Assembly (NCBI GenBank): GCA_937136025.1 | Contig: CAKZOC010000121.1 | Location: 45,121-109,120 of the forward strand | From: an uncultured Bacteroidota bacterium | GTDB taxonomy: Bacteria; Bacteroidota; Bacteroidia; Flavobacteriales; Flavobacteriaceae | DNA: 64,000 bases | Direction: 5' to 3' | Shown: positions 40,008 to 49,605 of the stretch, in pieces | Position numbering within the stretch: the first letter of the stretch is position 1 | How the letters are laid out: the number at the start of each line of letters is the position of its first letter | Notes under the pieces: generated by a model | What the model saw: only the letters and a program-made list of their open reading frames with translations | Told to the model about the DNA's origin: nothing | Database searches by the model: none | Made by a program: the position numbers and the translations under genes

Positions 40008-41069
40008 TTAATCGATTGCCTTTACAACAGCCTTGGGTGCCTCTTTCTTACTCCCGTCAAACCCCGTAACCCCGCCCACAGTTGTATACTTCATGACATA
40101 GCGCTTATTGGGATGTATGCGCTGATAGGCACTCTGGCACATCAGGGTGGCCTCGTGGAATCCGCAAAGGATGAGTTTCAGTTTTCCCGGGTAAGTATTC
40201 ACATCCCCAATGGCATAGATACCGGGAATATTGGTTTGATAGTCCAGGGTGTTGTCCACCTTTATCGCATTCTTTTCAATTTCCAGACCCCAATTGGCAA
40301 TGGGACCCAGTTTAGGAGAAAGACCAAATAAAGGAATAAAAGCATCGAGTTCTACCCGGATATCCTCCTGGGGATCTGAATTACGACGCACCAGTACACC
40401 TTCTAAGGTATCCTTACCCTGCAATTGAACCACTTCTGCCGGGGTAATCAGACGAATTTTACCCAGGTTTTTAAGCTCCTGAACCTTCTCAACGGAATCC
40501 AGCGCTCCCCGGAATTCGTTGCGCCGATGGACCAGGGTAACCTCCCTCGCAATATCAGCCAGAAAAATACTCCAATCCAGTGCTGAATCTCCCCCTCCGG
40601 CAATCAGCACCCTTTTGTCCCGATACATTTCAGGATCTTTAACCATATACGACACCCCTTTGTTCTCATATTGCTCCAGGGTGTCCAACTGAGGTTTCCG
40701 GGGCTCAAAGCTTCCGAGTCCGCCTGCAATAGCGACGATGGGAGCACAATGCTGAACGCCCTCATTTGTCGTTACTACAAAGGTTCCGTCCTCCAGTTTC
40801 TCAATGTTTTCTGCCCGCTGACCCAATGTGAATCCGGGCTGGAAAGGTTTGATCTGTTCCATGAGGTTATCCACAAGCGCTCCGGCCATCACTTCTGGAA
40901 ATCCAGGGATATCGTAAATAGGCTTTTTGGGATAAAGCTCAGCCAACTGACCTCCGGCCTGGGGCAGGGCATCAATCAGGTGGCACTTGAGTTGCAACAG
41001 CCCGGCTTCAAAAACAGCAAAAAGCCCTGTAGGGCCAGCTCCAATGATGAGTATGTCTGTCTTAATCAT
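40008..41069 (-). CDS. TrxB-like ferredoxin-NADP+ reductase
   Basis: GAGPTG, GGQLAELYPKKPIYDIPG, GGGDSALDW and IGD motifs; no CxxC; next to the ferredoxin. Confidence 0.88.
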   Translation of the reverse strand: MIKTDILIIGAGPTGLFAVFEAGLLQLKCHLIDALPQAGGQLAELYPKKPIYDIPGFPEVMAGALVDNLMEQIKPFQPGFTLGQRAENIEKLEDGTFVVTTNEGVQHCAPIVAIAGGLGSFEPRKPQLDTLEQYENKGVSYMVKDPEMYRDKRVLIAGGGDSALDWSIFLADIAREVTLVHRRNEFRGALDSVEKVQELKNLGKIRLITPAEVVQLQGKDTLEGVLVRRNSDPQEDIRVELDAFIPLFGLSPKLGPIANWGLEIEKNAIKVDNTLDYQTNIPGIYAIGDVNTYPGKLKLILCGFHEATLMCQSAYQRIHPNKRYVMKYTTVGGVTGFDGSKKEAPKAVVKAID

Positions 41070-41119
41070 TCAAAAAAACTTAGAATACCTTTAAAAAATA
41101 TGTTGCACAGGGCGTCTGT

Positions 41120-41368
41120 TCAGGTTGCCAGATTCACTACTTCTTCAATCTGGGGTGCGTGTTTTTTAATTGTCATTTCCACGCCGCTCTTCAGGGTCAT
41201 CTGGTTGACGGAGCACCCCACGCAATTTCCTTCTAAGCGGACTTTTACGAGCCTGTCATCCTCGATATCCACAAGGGTTATATCACCCCCGTCATTTCGA
41301 AGAAAAGGCCGGATTTCCTCCAGCGCTGCTTCTACTTTCAGTTTCAATTCTTCAGAAGTCATACTCAT
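41120..41368 (-). CDS. NifU/NfuA family Fe-S carrier
   Basis: IRPFLRNDGGDI...GNCVGCS. Confidence 0.92.
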   Translation of the reverse strand: MSMTSEELKLKVEAALEEIRPFLRNDGGDITLVDIEDDRLVKVRLEGNCVGCSVNQMTLKSGVEMTIKKHAPQIEEVVNLAT

Positions 41369-42510
41369 TTCTTTTTAACAGCATCACAACCTGCCATTGT
41401 AGTTATTTTGATCGCCTCGGTAGGTGGCAGATTCGTGTTCCTCAATACGAGCTGACTTACCATTTTTCGGGTGGCCTCTTCAAAGGAAAGGGCGGAAGGT
41501 GTCTCTTTCTGCAGGGCTGCAGGCCTGCCCAGGTCAGCCGCCTCACGGATGCTCTGAACCAATGGAATCTCGCCCAGGAAAGGAATTTCCATATCCTCTG
41601 CCAAATTCCGGGCACCGTGCTGACCAAAGATATAGTATTTATTATCCGGCAGTTCGTCCGGTGTAAAGTAGGCCATATTTTCAAGGATTCCCAGCACGGG
41701 AACATTGATCGCTTCCTGTTGGAACATCGCCACTCCTTTTCGCGCATCCGCCAAAGCAATCTGCTGGGGCGTACTTACCACTACAGCCCCGGTCACCGGA
41801 AGTGCCTGCATAATGCTCAAATGGATATCTCCGGTTCCCGGTGGCAGGTCTACAAGTAAAAAATCGAGTTGCCCCCAGTGGGCGTCAAAAATCATCTGAT
41901 TTAAAGCTTTGGAGGCCATGGGTCCCCTCCAGATCACCGCCTGGTCAGGCTGGGTAAAGAAACCGATGGATAGCATTTTAACGCCATAATTCTCAACCGG
42001 GCGCATCCTTGACTTTCCATCAATAGTGACAGCAATGGGTTTTTCTTCGGCCACATCGAACATTATGGGAATGGAAGGGCCGTAAATATCGGCATCTAAA
42101 AGACCAACTTCAAACCCCATTTGCGCGAGGGTAACCGCCAGGTTAGCCGTTACAGTGGATTTCCCCACACCTCCTTTGCCACTGGCTACGGCTATAATAT
42201 TCTGGATTCCCGGTATCGCCTTGCCTTTGATGGGCGCTACCCTGGGTGGAGTGGCAGCCTGTACGGTCACATTGACCGTAATCTTTGCTTTGGCATAAAC
42301 TTCTTTATGAATCGCCTGCAGAATACTGACTTCGGTTTTCTTTCGGGCCTGAAGGCTTGGGTTTTTTATGGTAATATCCACCACAACCTCATCCCCGAAA
42401 ACCTGCAGATTACGCACCGCCCCGGTGGCCACCATATTACCCCCTTCTCCGGGAACTGTAATCGTTTCCAGAGCGCGGTAAATCTCTTTTTTATCGAGTG
42501 AAACCCCCAT
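41365..42510 (-). CDS. mrp: Mrp/NBP35 (ApbC) Fe-S cluster carrier ATPase
   Basis: DUF59-like N-terminus; GKGGVGKST, DADIYGPS, DLPPGTGD and ENM motifs; start moved to 42510. Confidence 0.93.
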   Translation of the reverse strand: MGVSLDKKEIYRALETITVPGEGGNMVATGAVRNLQVFGDEVVVDITIKNPSLQARKKTEVSILQAIHKEVYAKAKITVNVTVQAATPPRVAPIKGKAIPGIQNIIAVASGKGGVGKSTVTANLAVTLAQMGFEVGLLDADIYGPSIPIMFDVAEEKPIAVTIDGKSRMRPVENYGVKMLSIGFFTQPDQAVIWRGPMASKALNQMIFDAHWGQLDFLLVDLPPGTGDIHLSIMQALPVTGAVVVSTPQQIALADARKGVAMFQQEAINVPVLGILENMAYFTPDELPDNKYYIFGQHGARNLAEDMEIPFLGEIPLVQSIREAADLGRPAALQKETPSALSFEEATRKMVSQLVLRNTNLPPTEAIKITTMAGCDAVKKK

Positions 42511-42535
42511 TGTATCAGACTTTATATTAATCCTG

Positions 42536-42543
42536 CAAAGATA
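42536..42543 (-). promoter_or_regulatory. -7 promoter element (TATCTTTG) for the mrp-nfu-fnr-fdx operon
   Basis: TAnnTTTG match 25 bp upstream of ATG 42510. Confidence 0.65.
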
Positions 42544-42621
42544 CGGCTTGGATTCGAATATATAAAGGAAGTGCGACGCCTCCGGGGAGGTGTTCATTAC
42601 TTTTTACGAACTCTTCGGGTA

Positions 42622-42972
42622 TTACCCGTTGGGGTTCTCTAAAACAGCTGGATCCCAGAAGCACTCCTTAAACCCTGTGATCTGATCGTTGTGCACTTCT
42701 ATTCCTTCGTTTTCAAGGAGCTGTTGCATCAGTGTGGTTCCCGGAAAATGGTGCTTTCCGGTTAACACGCCATTGCGGTTTACCACCCGGTGCGCCGGGA
42801 CGTCATCCATACTATGGGCATTGTTCATGGCCCAACCCACCATCCGGGCACTACCACCGGTACCGAGATAGCGTGCAATGGCTCCATATGAGGTAACCCT
42901 GCCATAAGGGATCTGCCGCACCACAGCGTAGACGCGTTCAAAAAAGCCTGTTTCCTCTTCTTTCATATCCAT
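42622..42972 (-). CDS. MGMT-family alkyltransferase-like protein
   Basis: IPYGRVTSYGAIA, ARMVGWAM and PAHRVV (no active-site Cys). Confidence 0.88.
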   Translation of the reverse strand: MDMKEEETGFFERVYAVVRQIPYGRVTSYGAIARYLGTGGSARMVGWAMNNAHSMDDVPAHRVVNRNGVLTGKHHFPGTTLMQQLLENEGIEVHNDQITGFKECFWDPAVLENPNG

Positions 42973-43601
42973 CAGGTGTAATAGATGCGTATCAGGGTGA
43001 TCACCAGCAAAATCAGCATCAGCAGGCTGAGGACATAATTGGAATTCCTGGAGAACGCATTATTTCGCGCTTCGAGCTTATTGAAATAGACCGTGTAGAG
43101 ATAAAGCATGGTAAAAGATCCGCAGCCGGCGGCAAAGACAAAAATAGCGATGTCCCAGAAAGCGAACTGGATCCATCCGGAACTATTCCACATCACATTC
43201 AGGGCACTGTAATAGGGGATTGTCAGAAAATTCAGGGCGGCCAAAAGGACGCCTTTAAAAAAACTGTTTTTCTTGCTTATCGGAGTCAGGGTCAGGGGTT
43301 TTTCCTTGCTTTTTTTTGCCTTCATAAAAAAGAAGAGTGCAAAAAAGGCGAATACAATCAGGGCGGCCTTCTGCAGGCTTACAATAACCCCGGGATTCCT
43401 GAAAAGGTATTTGGAAATCAAAACGCCTACATAGGCCTGGACCATAATAGTCATGGCCACTCCCACACAAAACATAATCCCGGCCGTCTTCCCTTTTTCT
43501 ACACTGGTTTTAGCCGCGTTCATATTGAGCAGCCCCGGAAATACCGTTGCCATGAATGCTGCTGAAAAAGTAGCGAAGAAAAGTGTGAGCAAATGGGTCA
43601 T
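42972..43601 (-). CDS. LysE-family translocator
   Basis: PGLLNM motif and about 6 TM segments; FFKGVLLAALN. Confidence 0.8.
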   Translation of the reverse strand: MTHLLTLFFATFSAAFMATVFPGLLNMNAAKTSVEKGKTAGIMFCVGVAMTIMVQAYVGVLISKYLFRNPGVIVSLQKAALIVFAFFALFFFMKAKKSKEKPLTLTPISKKNSFFKGVLLAALNFLTIPYYSALNVMWNSSGWIQFAFWDIAIFVFAAGCGSFTMLYLYTVYFNKLEARNNAFSRNSNYVLSLLMLILLVITLIRIYYT

Positions 43602-44275
43602 GGCGCAGTAAAACTGAAAGAGAGGTAAGTTATAGGTTTATCGGCTTCGAGAAACATCTTTTCGTAAAAAGTCTGGGTTTCCAGAACTTCCACAGGGGCG
43701 CCGCCATTGTGGTAAATATCGTGATTGGCATAGGTTACCGGAATATCAGAAGCATGAAGAATCCCAAGCGTATATCCGTGCATGAATTCACTGTCCGTCT
43801 TTAAGTGTACCTTGCCCCCGGGGGCCAGAATACTTCTGTATTTCTGCAGAAATTCCAGATTGGTCAGCCGGTGTTTGGTCCGTTTGTATTTGATTTGAGG
43901 ATCCGGGAATGTGATCCAGATCTCATGTACTTCTCCGGGTGCGAAAAGCAGATCGATCAGTTCAATTTGTGAGCGCAGGAAACAAACATTAGTCCGCTCG
44001 GCTTCCAGCGCTGCTTTAGCCCCGCTCCAGATCCGCGCACCCTTGATGTCCACCCCGATATAATTTTTCCCGGGGTTCTTCTCCGAAAGCGCCAGCGTGT
44101 ATTCCCCTTTCCCGCAACCCAGCTCCAGGACAATCGGATTGGAATTGCCGAAAAAGGTCTCCCAACGATTTCGAAGCGCAAATTGACCCTGGAGGACCTC
44201 ATCGCGCTCCGGCTGAATGACATTTTTAAAGGAGGCGTTGTCCCTAAAACGTTTTAATTTATTCTTGGAGCCCAT
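43598..44275 (-). CDS. trmB: tRNA (guanine-N7)-methyltransferase
   Basis: LELGCGKGEY, GVDIKGAR, ITFPDP, HLKTD and TFYE motifs. Confidence 0.95.
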   Translation of the reverse strand: MGSKNKLKRFRDNASFKNVIQPERDEVLQGQFALRNRWETFFGNSNPIVLELGCGKGEYTLALSEKNPGKNYIGVDIKGARIWSGAKAALEAERTNVCFLRSQIELIDLLFAPGEVHEIWITFPDPQIKYKRTKHRLTNLEFLQKYRSILAPGGKVHLKTDSEFMHGYTLGILHASDIPVTYANHDIYHNGGAPVEVLETQTFYEKMFLEADKPITYLSFSFTAP

Positions 44276-44298
44276 AATTGTCGTGAATCACTGAGCAC

Positions 44299-44306
44299 AA
44301 AGCTAC
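44299..44306 (-). promoter_or_regulatory. -7 promoter element (TAGCTTTG) for trmB
   Basis: TAnnTTTG match 23 bp upstream of the trmB ATG. Confidence 0.6.
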
Positions 44307-44327
44307 TAAAATAGGTGGTCTCAGGGC

Positions 44328-45392
44328 TCAGGAGACGGGGGCTTCCTCAGCCTTTTCAAGGGTAAATGAGAATTCAGACCCCACACCCACCACACTTTCG
44401 ACATAGATTTTCTCGTTATGCGCCTCGATGATATGCTTGACAATAGCCAGTCCGAGACCGGATCCTCCTTCCCGCCGACTGCCGCTTTGGTCTATTCGGT
44501 AAAAGCGCTCAAAGAGCCGGGTGAGGTGCTGTTCTTCTATCCCTTCCCCATTATCCGTAACCCGTACGATAACCTTGTTTTTAATGAGATTTTCCACACT
44601 GACTTCTGTGGTACCGTCTTCGTGTCCGTACTTAATGGAGTTAACCAATAGATTAGTCAGTACCTGTTGAATCCTTTCCATATCCCCTTTGACGTAAATC
44701 GGGGTATCGTACTCCATATCGAAGACCAGTGAAATTCGTTTTTTCGAGGCCTTCATCTCCAGCAGGTCAAATACATTTTGGATAAGTTCGATGATATCAA
44801 AACGCTCGATTTCCAGATGCAGTTCCCCGATTTCCAGCTTTGAAATCAGATCGAGATCCTTAATGATATAGATGAGCCGTTCCACCCCCTTGGCGGCGCG
44901 TTGCAGGTATTTTTTACGAACTTTCTTATCCTCTAAAGCCCCGTCGAGGAGCGTATGAATATAGCCCTGGACGGTAAACAGAGGCGTCTTGAGTTCATGA
45001 GACACATTGCCCAAAAATTCCTTCCGGTACTCCTCCCGAATTTTCAGCGTATCGATTTCAATCTTCTTGTCCTTGGCAAATTTCTCAATTTCCGAGGTTA
45101 GGGTCTTCATATCCGTGGTTATCGGACCTGACGTAAAGGAAGTGGACTCCAGAAGGGACACGTCGTCGTAAATCTGTTTGATGCGCCTGTAAATAAACTT
45201 TTCAACGCGTTTTTGAAGAATGGCAAAGCAAATAATAAAACATACCAGGACAAAGCCTAAGTACCACGGCCAGTACGGCTGGAGCAAATCCTGTAAATAC
45301 AGGAATACAAAACCAACTGTAGCGAGAGCTAAAGTGATATAGAGGGATGACCTGAAGGCAAATCTGTAGGATTTACGGAGTTGTATGGCCAT
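44328..45392 (-). CDS. Sensor histidine kinase (PhoR-like)
   Basis: 2 TM segments; H-box NVSHELKTPL; N, G1, F and G2 boxes (NLLVNSIKY, DNGEG, LFERFYR, GSGLGL). Confidence 0.92.
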   Translation of the reverse strand: MAIQLRKSYRFAFRSSLYITLALATVGFVFLYLQDLLQPYWPWYLGFVLVCFIICFAILQKRVEKFIYRRIKQIYDDVSLLESTSFTSGPITTDMKTLTSEIEKFAKDKKIEIDTLKIREEYRKEFLGNVSHELKTPLFTVQGYIHTLLDGALEDKKVRKKYLQRAAKGVERLIYIIKDLDLISKLEIGELHLEIERFDIIELIQNVFDLLEMKASKKRISLVFDMEYDTPIYVKGDMERIQQVLTNLLVNSIKYGHEDGTTEVSVENLIKNKVIVRVTDNGEGIEEQHLTRLFERFYRIDQSGSRREGGSGLGLAIVKHIIEAHNEKIYVESVVGVGSEFSFTLEKAEEAPVS

Positions 45393-46078
45393 TATTGTAC
45401 ATACTTATACCCCACCCCTTTTACGGTCTTAAAATGAGATTCGCCGATCTTCTCCCTTAATTTCCGAATATGGACGTCGATGGTTCTTCCCCCTACAACC
45501 ACTTCCTGACCCCAGACTTTATCGAGGATGACCTCGCGTTTAAAAACCTTATCCGGCCTGGAGGCCAATAAGGCGAGGAGTTCAAACTCCTTCCGGGGCA
45601 AAATCATATCCTGCCCGTCTTTGACTACTTTATACTCCTCCCGGTTAATGACCAGATCTCCAACTTTCAGCACTTCGGTCGAATCTTCTTCATCCTTTTT
45701 CAACCTTCTTAACAGGGATTTCACCTTACTGAGAAAGACTTTTGGTTTAATGGGCTTTGTGATATAGTCATCTGCCCCCGCATCAAAGCCTGCGACCTGG
45801 GAGTAATCCTCGCTTCTGGCGGTGAGAAAAGTGATGATCGTATCTTCGAGCCCCTTGGATTTACGAATGAGTTCACAGGCCTCAATGCCATCCATTTCAG
45901 GCATCATCACATCCAGGATGATCAGGTGGGGGGATTTTTTCCGGGCCTTTTCAACGCCCTCGGCACCATTCTTTGCCGTGTACACCTGGTATCCCTCAGC
46001 GGAGAGATTATAACTCAGGATTTCCAGGATATCGGGTTCGTCGTCGACCAGAAGAATTTTGATGTCCTGCTTTTTCAT
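45392..46078 (-). CDS. OmpR/PhoB-family response regulator
   Basis: LVDDE, LDVMMP and KP receiver motifs; winged-helix RKEFELL...RTIDVHIRKLREK...TVKGVGYK. Confidence 0.95.
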   Translation of the reverse strand: MKKQDIKILLVDDEPDILEILSYNLSAEGYQVYTAKNGAEGVEKARKKSPHLIILDVMMPEMDGIEACELIRKSKGLEDTIITFLTARSEDYSQVAGFDAGADDYITKPIKPKVFLSKVKSLLRRLKKDEEDSTEVLKVGDLVINREEYKVVKDGQDMILPRKEFELLALLASRPDKVFKREVILDKVWGQEVVVGGRTIDVHIRKLREKIGESHFKTVKGVGYKYVQ

Positions 46079-46103
46079 AACGGTGATAGATGATTGATTC
46101 CTT

Positions 46104-46111
46104 CAAAAATA
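46104..46111 (-). promoter_or_regulatory. -7 promoter element (TATTTTTG) for the RR-HK operon
   Basis: TAnnTTTG match 25 bp upstream of ATG 46078. Confidence 0.6.
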
Positions 46112-46139
46112 ACCATATTCAGGAGACGGGCTTATTACT

Positions 46140-46174
46140 TAACCGCAATTTAATACTACTAACCTTTTGGTAAC
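46140..46174. promoter_or_regulatory. TAAC/TAAT direct repeats, candidate autoregulatory boxes
   Basis: TAAC 46140, TAAT 46151, TAAC 46160, TAAC 46171: two pairs at 11-bp period over the -33 region of the RR promoter. Confidence 0.4.
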
Positions 46175-46276
46175 ATCTCTGCCCGGATTCCCGGGATTGC
46201 CGGATCGATGCGTGTAGTTTGTCGATATTTACATAAATTTTATGCATCACTGAAACTCTCTGGCAGGCAAAAATGT

Positions 46277-46284
46277 TATATTTG
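46277..46284 (+). promoter_or_regulatory. -7 promoter element (TATATTTG) for the first CTD-only gene
   Basis: TAnnTTTG match 25 bp upstream of ATG 46310. Confidence 0.65.
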
Positions 46285-46309
46285 CTCAACGCTGCGGATC
46301 AATTATTGT

Positions 46310-46618
46310 ATGAAGCACTTATACCTCCTGATTTTACTATTTACCATGGGTACGGCGTTCGGTCAGCAAGCCCCGAACCAGGCGGATATTGAGGGGTTTA
46401 AAATATATCCGAATCCCGTTACTTCCGGGACTGTTTATATCGTAACAGCGGCGAACAAGCCCAAAAGAATTCGCATTTTCGACGTCCTGGGAACCCCTGT
46501 GCTGGAAACCACAATCATGGGAAAGGAACTCAACCTTTCGGGAATTAAAGCAGGCGTTTACCTGATTCAGGTCTATGAAAACGACAAAGTAGCTACCCGT
46601 AAACTGATCGTTAAATAA
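46310..46618 (+). CDS. T9SS type A sorting domain (CTD)-only protein 1
   Basis: Signal peptide AFG|QQ, then IYPNPV...IFDVLG...GVYLIQV...TRKLIVK; 102 aa. Confidence 0.85.
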   Translation: MKHLYLLILLFTMGTAFGQQAPNQADIEGFKIYPNPVTSGTVYIVTAANKPKRIRIFDVLGTPVLETTIMGKELNLSGIKAGVYLIQVYENDKVATRKLIVK

Positions 46619-46781
46619 CCCTCTTTTTCGGATAAACAGCATCGATGATCTGCGTGTTTTATCGATGAAATGCAAAGCGCTTCAAATTCACCTACAAATA
46701 TTGAAGATTCGCAACATTAAATTCTAAGAAGTTCAGGCTTGAATTATCTTCCTTGTATTGATCCCAAATCAATTACCATAG

Positions 46782-47096
46782 ATGAAGCAACTTCTACTGC
46801 TGCTTTTCTTACTGAGTACCTATGTCGTTTCAGCCCAACAGGATCCACGGAGTCCTGACCGGGCCGAAGCCCATTTTAGCTTGCATCCGAATCCGGTAAA
46901 AGATGGGTTCGTCTATGTGGAATCTGACCATGAGGGCCCTAAGGACATCCGTATCTACGATTTGTTCGGAAAAGTAGTCCTCGAGCAGCGGCTGGTTTCT
47001 CAAAAGCTATTTGTCAGCACCCTGGTTCCCGGGGTTTACATGGTACAAGTGCGTCAGGAGGAACGGATAGGAACGAAAAAACTCGTGATCCGCTAG
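46782..47096 (+). CDS. T9SS type A sorting domain (CTD)-only protein 2
   Basis: Signal peptide VSA|QQ, then LHPNPV...IYDLFG...PGVYMVQV...TKKLVIR; 104 aa. Confidence 0.85.
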   Translation: MKQLLLLLFLLSTYVVSAQQDPRSPDRAEAHFSLHPNPVKDGFVYVESDHEGPKDIRIYDLFGKVVLEQRLVSQKLFVSTLVPGVYMVQVRQEERIGTKKLVIR

Positions 47097-47149
47097 GATT
47101 CTTTCCTTCTGTTTCAATGCTGTTTCCCAAACTACCCTTCACTTTTTTG

Positions 47150-47157
47150 TATTTTTG
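47150..47157 (+). promoter_or_regulatory. -7 promoter element (TATTTTTG) for the LuxE-like gene
   Basis: TAnnTTTG match 15 bp upstream of ATG 47173. Confidence 0.55.
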
Positions 47158-47172
47158 CACGAATCTGTATGT

Positions 47173-48144
47173 ATGAATGCCGACCGCATTTTTGGGATAC
47201 AATCTGCAGGGGAATTTGAAGCCCTGGCCCTGGAAACGTTCGCGCTTCAATACCGCCATGTCTCCGTCTATAAGGAGTTTTGTGAACACCTGGGAAAGCA
47301 TCCTTCACAAGTTAAAGGCCTTCGCGAAATCCCCTTTTTACCCATCGATTTCTTTAAGTCGCATAAGGTTTTATCCGGCGAACTCCAGCCGGAAATCGTT
47401 TTTCGAAGCAGTGGTACTACAGGAAGTATCCGAAGTCAACATTACGTAGCCGACCTCGGCCTCTACCGAGAGAGTTTTACACGGGGTTTTGAACATTTTT
47501 ACGGGAAGCCGTCTGATTATTGTATCGTCGCCCTCCTGCCTTCCTATCAGGAACGATCGGATGCCTCATTGAGTTATATGGTCGGGGAACTTATCGCCCA
47601 AAGCACCCATCCGGAAAGCGGGTTTTACAATCCCGGTGAGACGGGTGCACTTCTGGAGCGCCTGGCAGAATCCCAAACCAAACTCCTGTTAATCGGGGTT
47701 ACCTTTGCCCTTCTCGACCTGGTCGAAAAGCCCCTAAAGACGATTCCCAACGCTATTGTAATGGAAACCGGGGGGATGAAAGGCAGGCGAAAAGAAATGG
47801 TTCGGGCAGAACTGCATAGCATCCTCTCAAAGGGTTTTGGACTGCAAGAGATTCACTCCGAATACGGGATGACCGAACTGCTCTCCCAGGCCTATTCTTC
47901 GGGGCAGGGACTCTTCCGATGTCCCCCCTGGATGCAGGTTCGCATTCGGGATACGGAAGATCCATTGAGCCCCATGGAAACAGGACGAACCGGAGGAGTG
48001 GACATCATAGATCTGGCCAACCAGCACTCCTGTGCCTTTATCGCCACACAGGATCTCGGGAAGTCTTACGCCAATGGGACTTTTGAAATTTTGGGGCGTT
48101 TTGATCATTCGGACATCCGGGGTTGTAATCTCATGGCCCTCTAG
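47173..48144 (+). CDS. LuxE/PaaK-family acyl-protein synthetase-like (ANL superfamily)
   Basis: IPFLPIDFFKSH, P-loop FRSSGTTG, METGGMKG, SEYGMTELLSQAY, TQDLG and RGCN motifs. Confidence 0.85.
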   Translation: MNADRIFGIQSAGEFEALALETFALQYRHVSVYKEFCEHLGKHPSQVKGLREIPFLPIDFFKSHKVLSGELQPEIVFRSSGTTGSIRSQHYVADLGLYRESFTRGFEHFYGKPSDYCIVALLPSYQERSDASLSYMVGELIAQSTHPESGFYNPGETGALLERLAESQTKLLLIGVTFALLDLVEKPLKTIPNAIVMETGGMKGRRKEMVRAELHSILSKGFGLQEIHSEYGMTELLSQAYSSGQGLFRCPPWMQVRIRDTEDPLSPMETGRTGGVDIIDLANQHSCAFIATQDLGKSYANGTFEILGRFDHSDIRGCNLMAL

Positions 48145-48215
48145 GTGGGTACCTACAAGCCCTGATATCTCCTGTGCTCAAAACCGTGCTCCCTCATAAA
48201 AAATATGGGGATGGG

Positions 48216-49511
48216 TTATTCAACAACCAGGATAAAATAATTTTTCTTTCCCCTTTGAAGTAAAATAAAACGATCCTGAATCAGATCCGCTTCCGACAAG
48301 GTATAGTCTTGCCCCACCCGCGTTTTGTTGACCGAAATCGACTGTTGCTTTAATTCGCGTCTCGCTTCCCCATTGGATTTCAAAAACCCCGTTTTTGCAG
48401 AAAGAGCTCCCACAATATCGAGACCTTCTGCTATCTCCTGTTTGGGAACACGCGCCTGGGGAACCCCATCAAATATCTCCAGGAAAAGTTCGCTGGAAAG
48501 GGATTTGAGTGCCTCCGAGGTGGATTTGCCAAAAAGAATCTCACTCGCCCGTTCGGCGTTTTCAAGATCTTCTCTGGAATGCACCAGAACGGTCAGTTCT
48601 TCAGCGAGTTTCCGCTGCAACTGACGCATATGAGGCGCCTCCCTGTGTGTTGCCACAAGGGTTTCTATATCTTCTTTTGACAAAAATGTAAAGATCTTGA
48701 TATACTTTTCTGCATCGGAATCTGAAGTATTCAGCCAGTACTGATAAAAACGGTAAGGTGACGTCTTGTGCGGATCCAACCAGATATTCCCACTTTCCGT
48801 TTTTCCAAATTTTGTTCCGTCTGCCTTGGTGATTAGCGGACAGGTAAGGGCATATCCTTTCCCACCTTCAATTCTGCGTATCAGCTCCGTCCCGGTAGTA
48901 ATATTTCCCCACTGGTCGCTCCCCCCCATTTGAAGGGTACAATCGTATTTCCGGTATAAGTGTAAAAAATCATATCCCTGAACCAGTTGATAGGTGAATT
49001 CGGTAAAGGACATTCCCTCGCTGGATTCTTCTGAGAGTCGCTTGCGGACAGAATCCTTGGCCATCATATAATTCACAGTGATATGTTTTCCAACGTCTCT
49101 GATGAAGGTGAGGAAATTAAAATCCTTCATCCAGTCGTAATTATTGACCAGAAGGGCCGCATTTTTAGCGCCACTGTCAAATTCCAGAAACCGGGACAGT
49201 TGGCCCTGAATGGCCTCCTGATTTACCCGGAGGGTAGTTTCGTCGAGAAGGTTCCGCTCAGAAGATTTCCCGGAAGGATCACCGATCATTCCGGTGGCAC
49301 CTCCGATAAGCGCAAGAGGTCTGTGGCCCGCCAATTGAAAATGACGCAGCATCATTACCCCGACCAGATGACCGATATGCAGTGAATCTGCAGTGGGATC
49401 AATTCCCACGTAGGCAGATTGCATTCCGCTTAACAAATGTTCTTCCGTCCCGGGCATGATGTCGTGCAACATTCCCCTCCACTGCAGCTCCTCGACAAAG
49501 TTTGAAATCAT
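48216..49511 (-). CDS. tyrS: Tyrosine--tRNA ligase
   Basis: [31 protein letters not shown] and a C-terminal S4-like domain. Confidence 0.98.
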   Translation of the reverse strand: MISNFVEELQWRGMLHDIMPGTEEHLLSGMQSAYVGIDPTADSLHIGHLVGVMMLRHFQLAGHRPLALIGGATGMIGDPSGKSSERNLLDETTLRVNQEAIQGQLSRFLEFDSGAKNAALLVNNYDWMKDFNFLTFIRDVGKHITVNYMMAKDSVRKRLSEESSEGMSFTEFTYQLVQGYDFLHLYRKYDCTLQMGGSDQWGNITTGTELIRRIEGGKGYALTCPLITKADGTKFGKTESGNIWLDPHKTSPYRFYQYWLNTSDSDAEKYIKIFTFLSKEDIETLVATHREAPHMRQLQRKLAEELTVLVHSREDLENAERASEILFGKSTSEALKSLSSELFLEIFDGVPQARVPKQEIAEGLDIVGALSAKTGFLKSNGEARRELKQQSISVNKTRVGQDYTLSEADLIQDRFILLQRGKKNYFILVVE

Positions 49512-49530
49512 AAACTGACAAAATTTGTGG

Positions 49531-49538
49531 CAAATATA
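49531..49538 (-). promoter_or_regulatory. -7 promoter element (TATATTTG) for tyrS
   Basis: TAnnTTTG match 19 bp upstream of the tyrS ATG. Confidence 0.65.
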
Positions 49539-49605
49539 GTCAAATCAGCCTCTCACGGGAGATCTGCCATAAAGGGAATCGGAGAGAAACCCTTATTTTT
49601 AGACC

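Noticed and set aside
47173-48144. Bioluminescence locus
   Set aside because: Only a LuxE-like gene is present, with no luxAB, luxC or luxD nearby.
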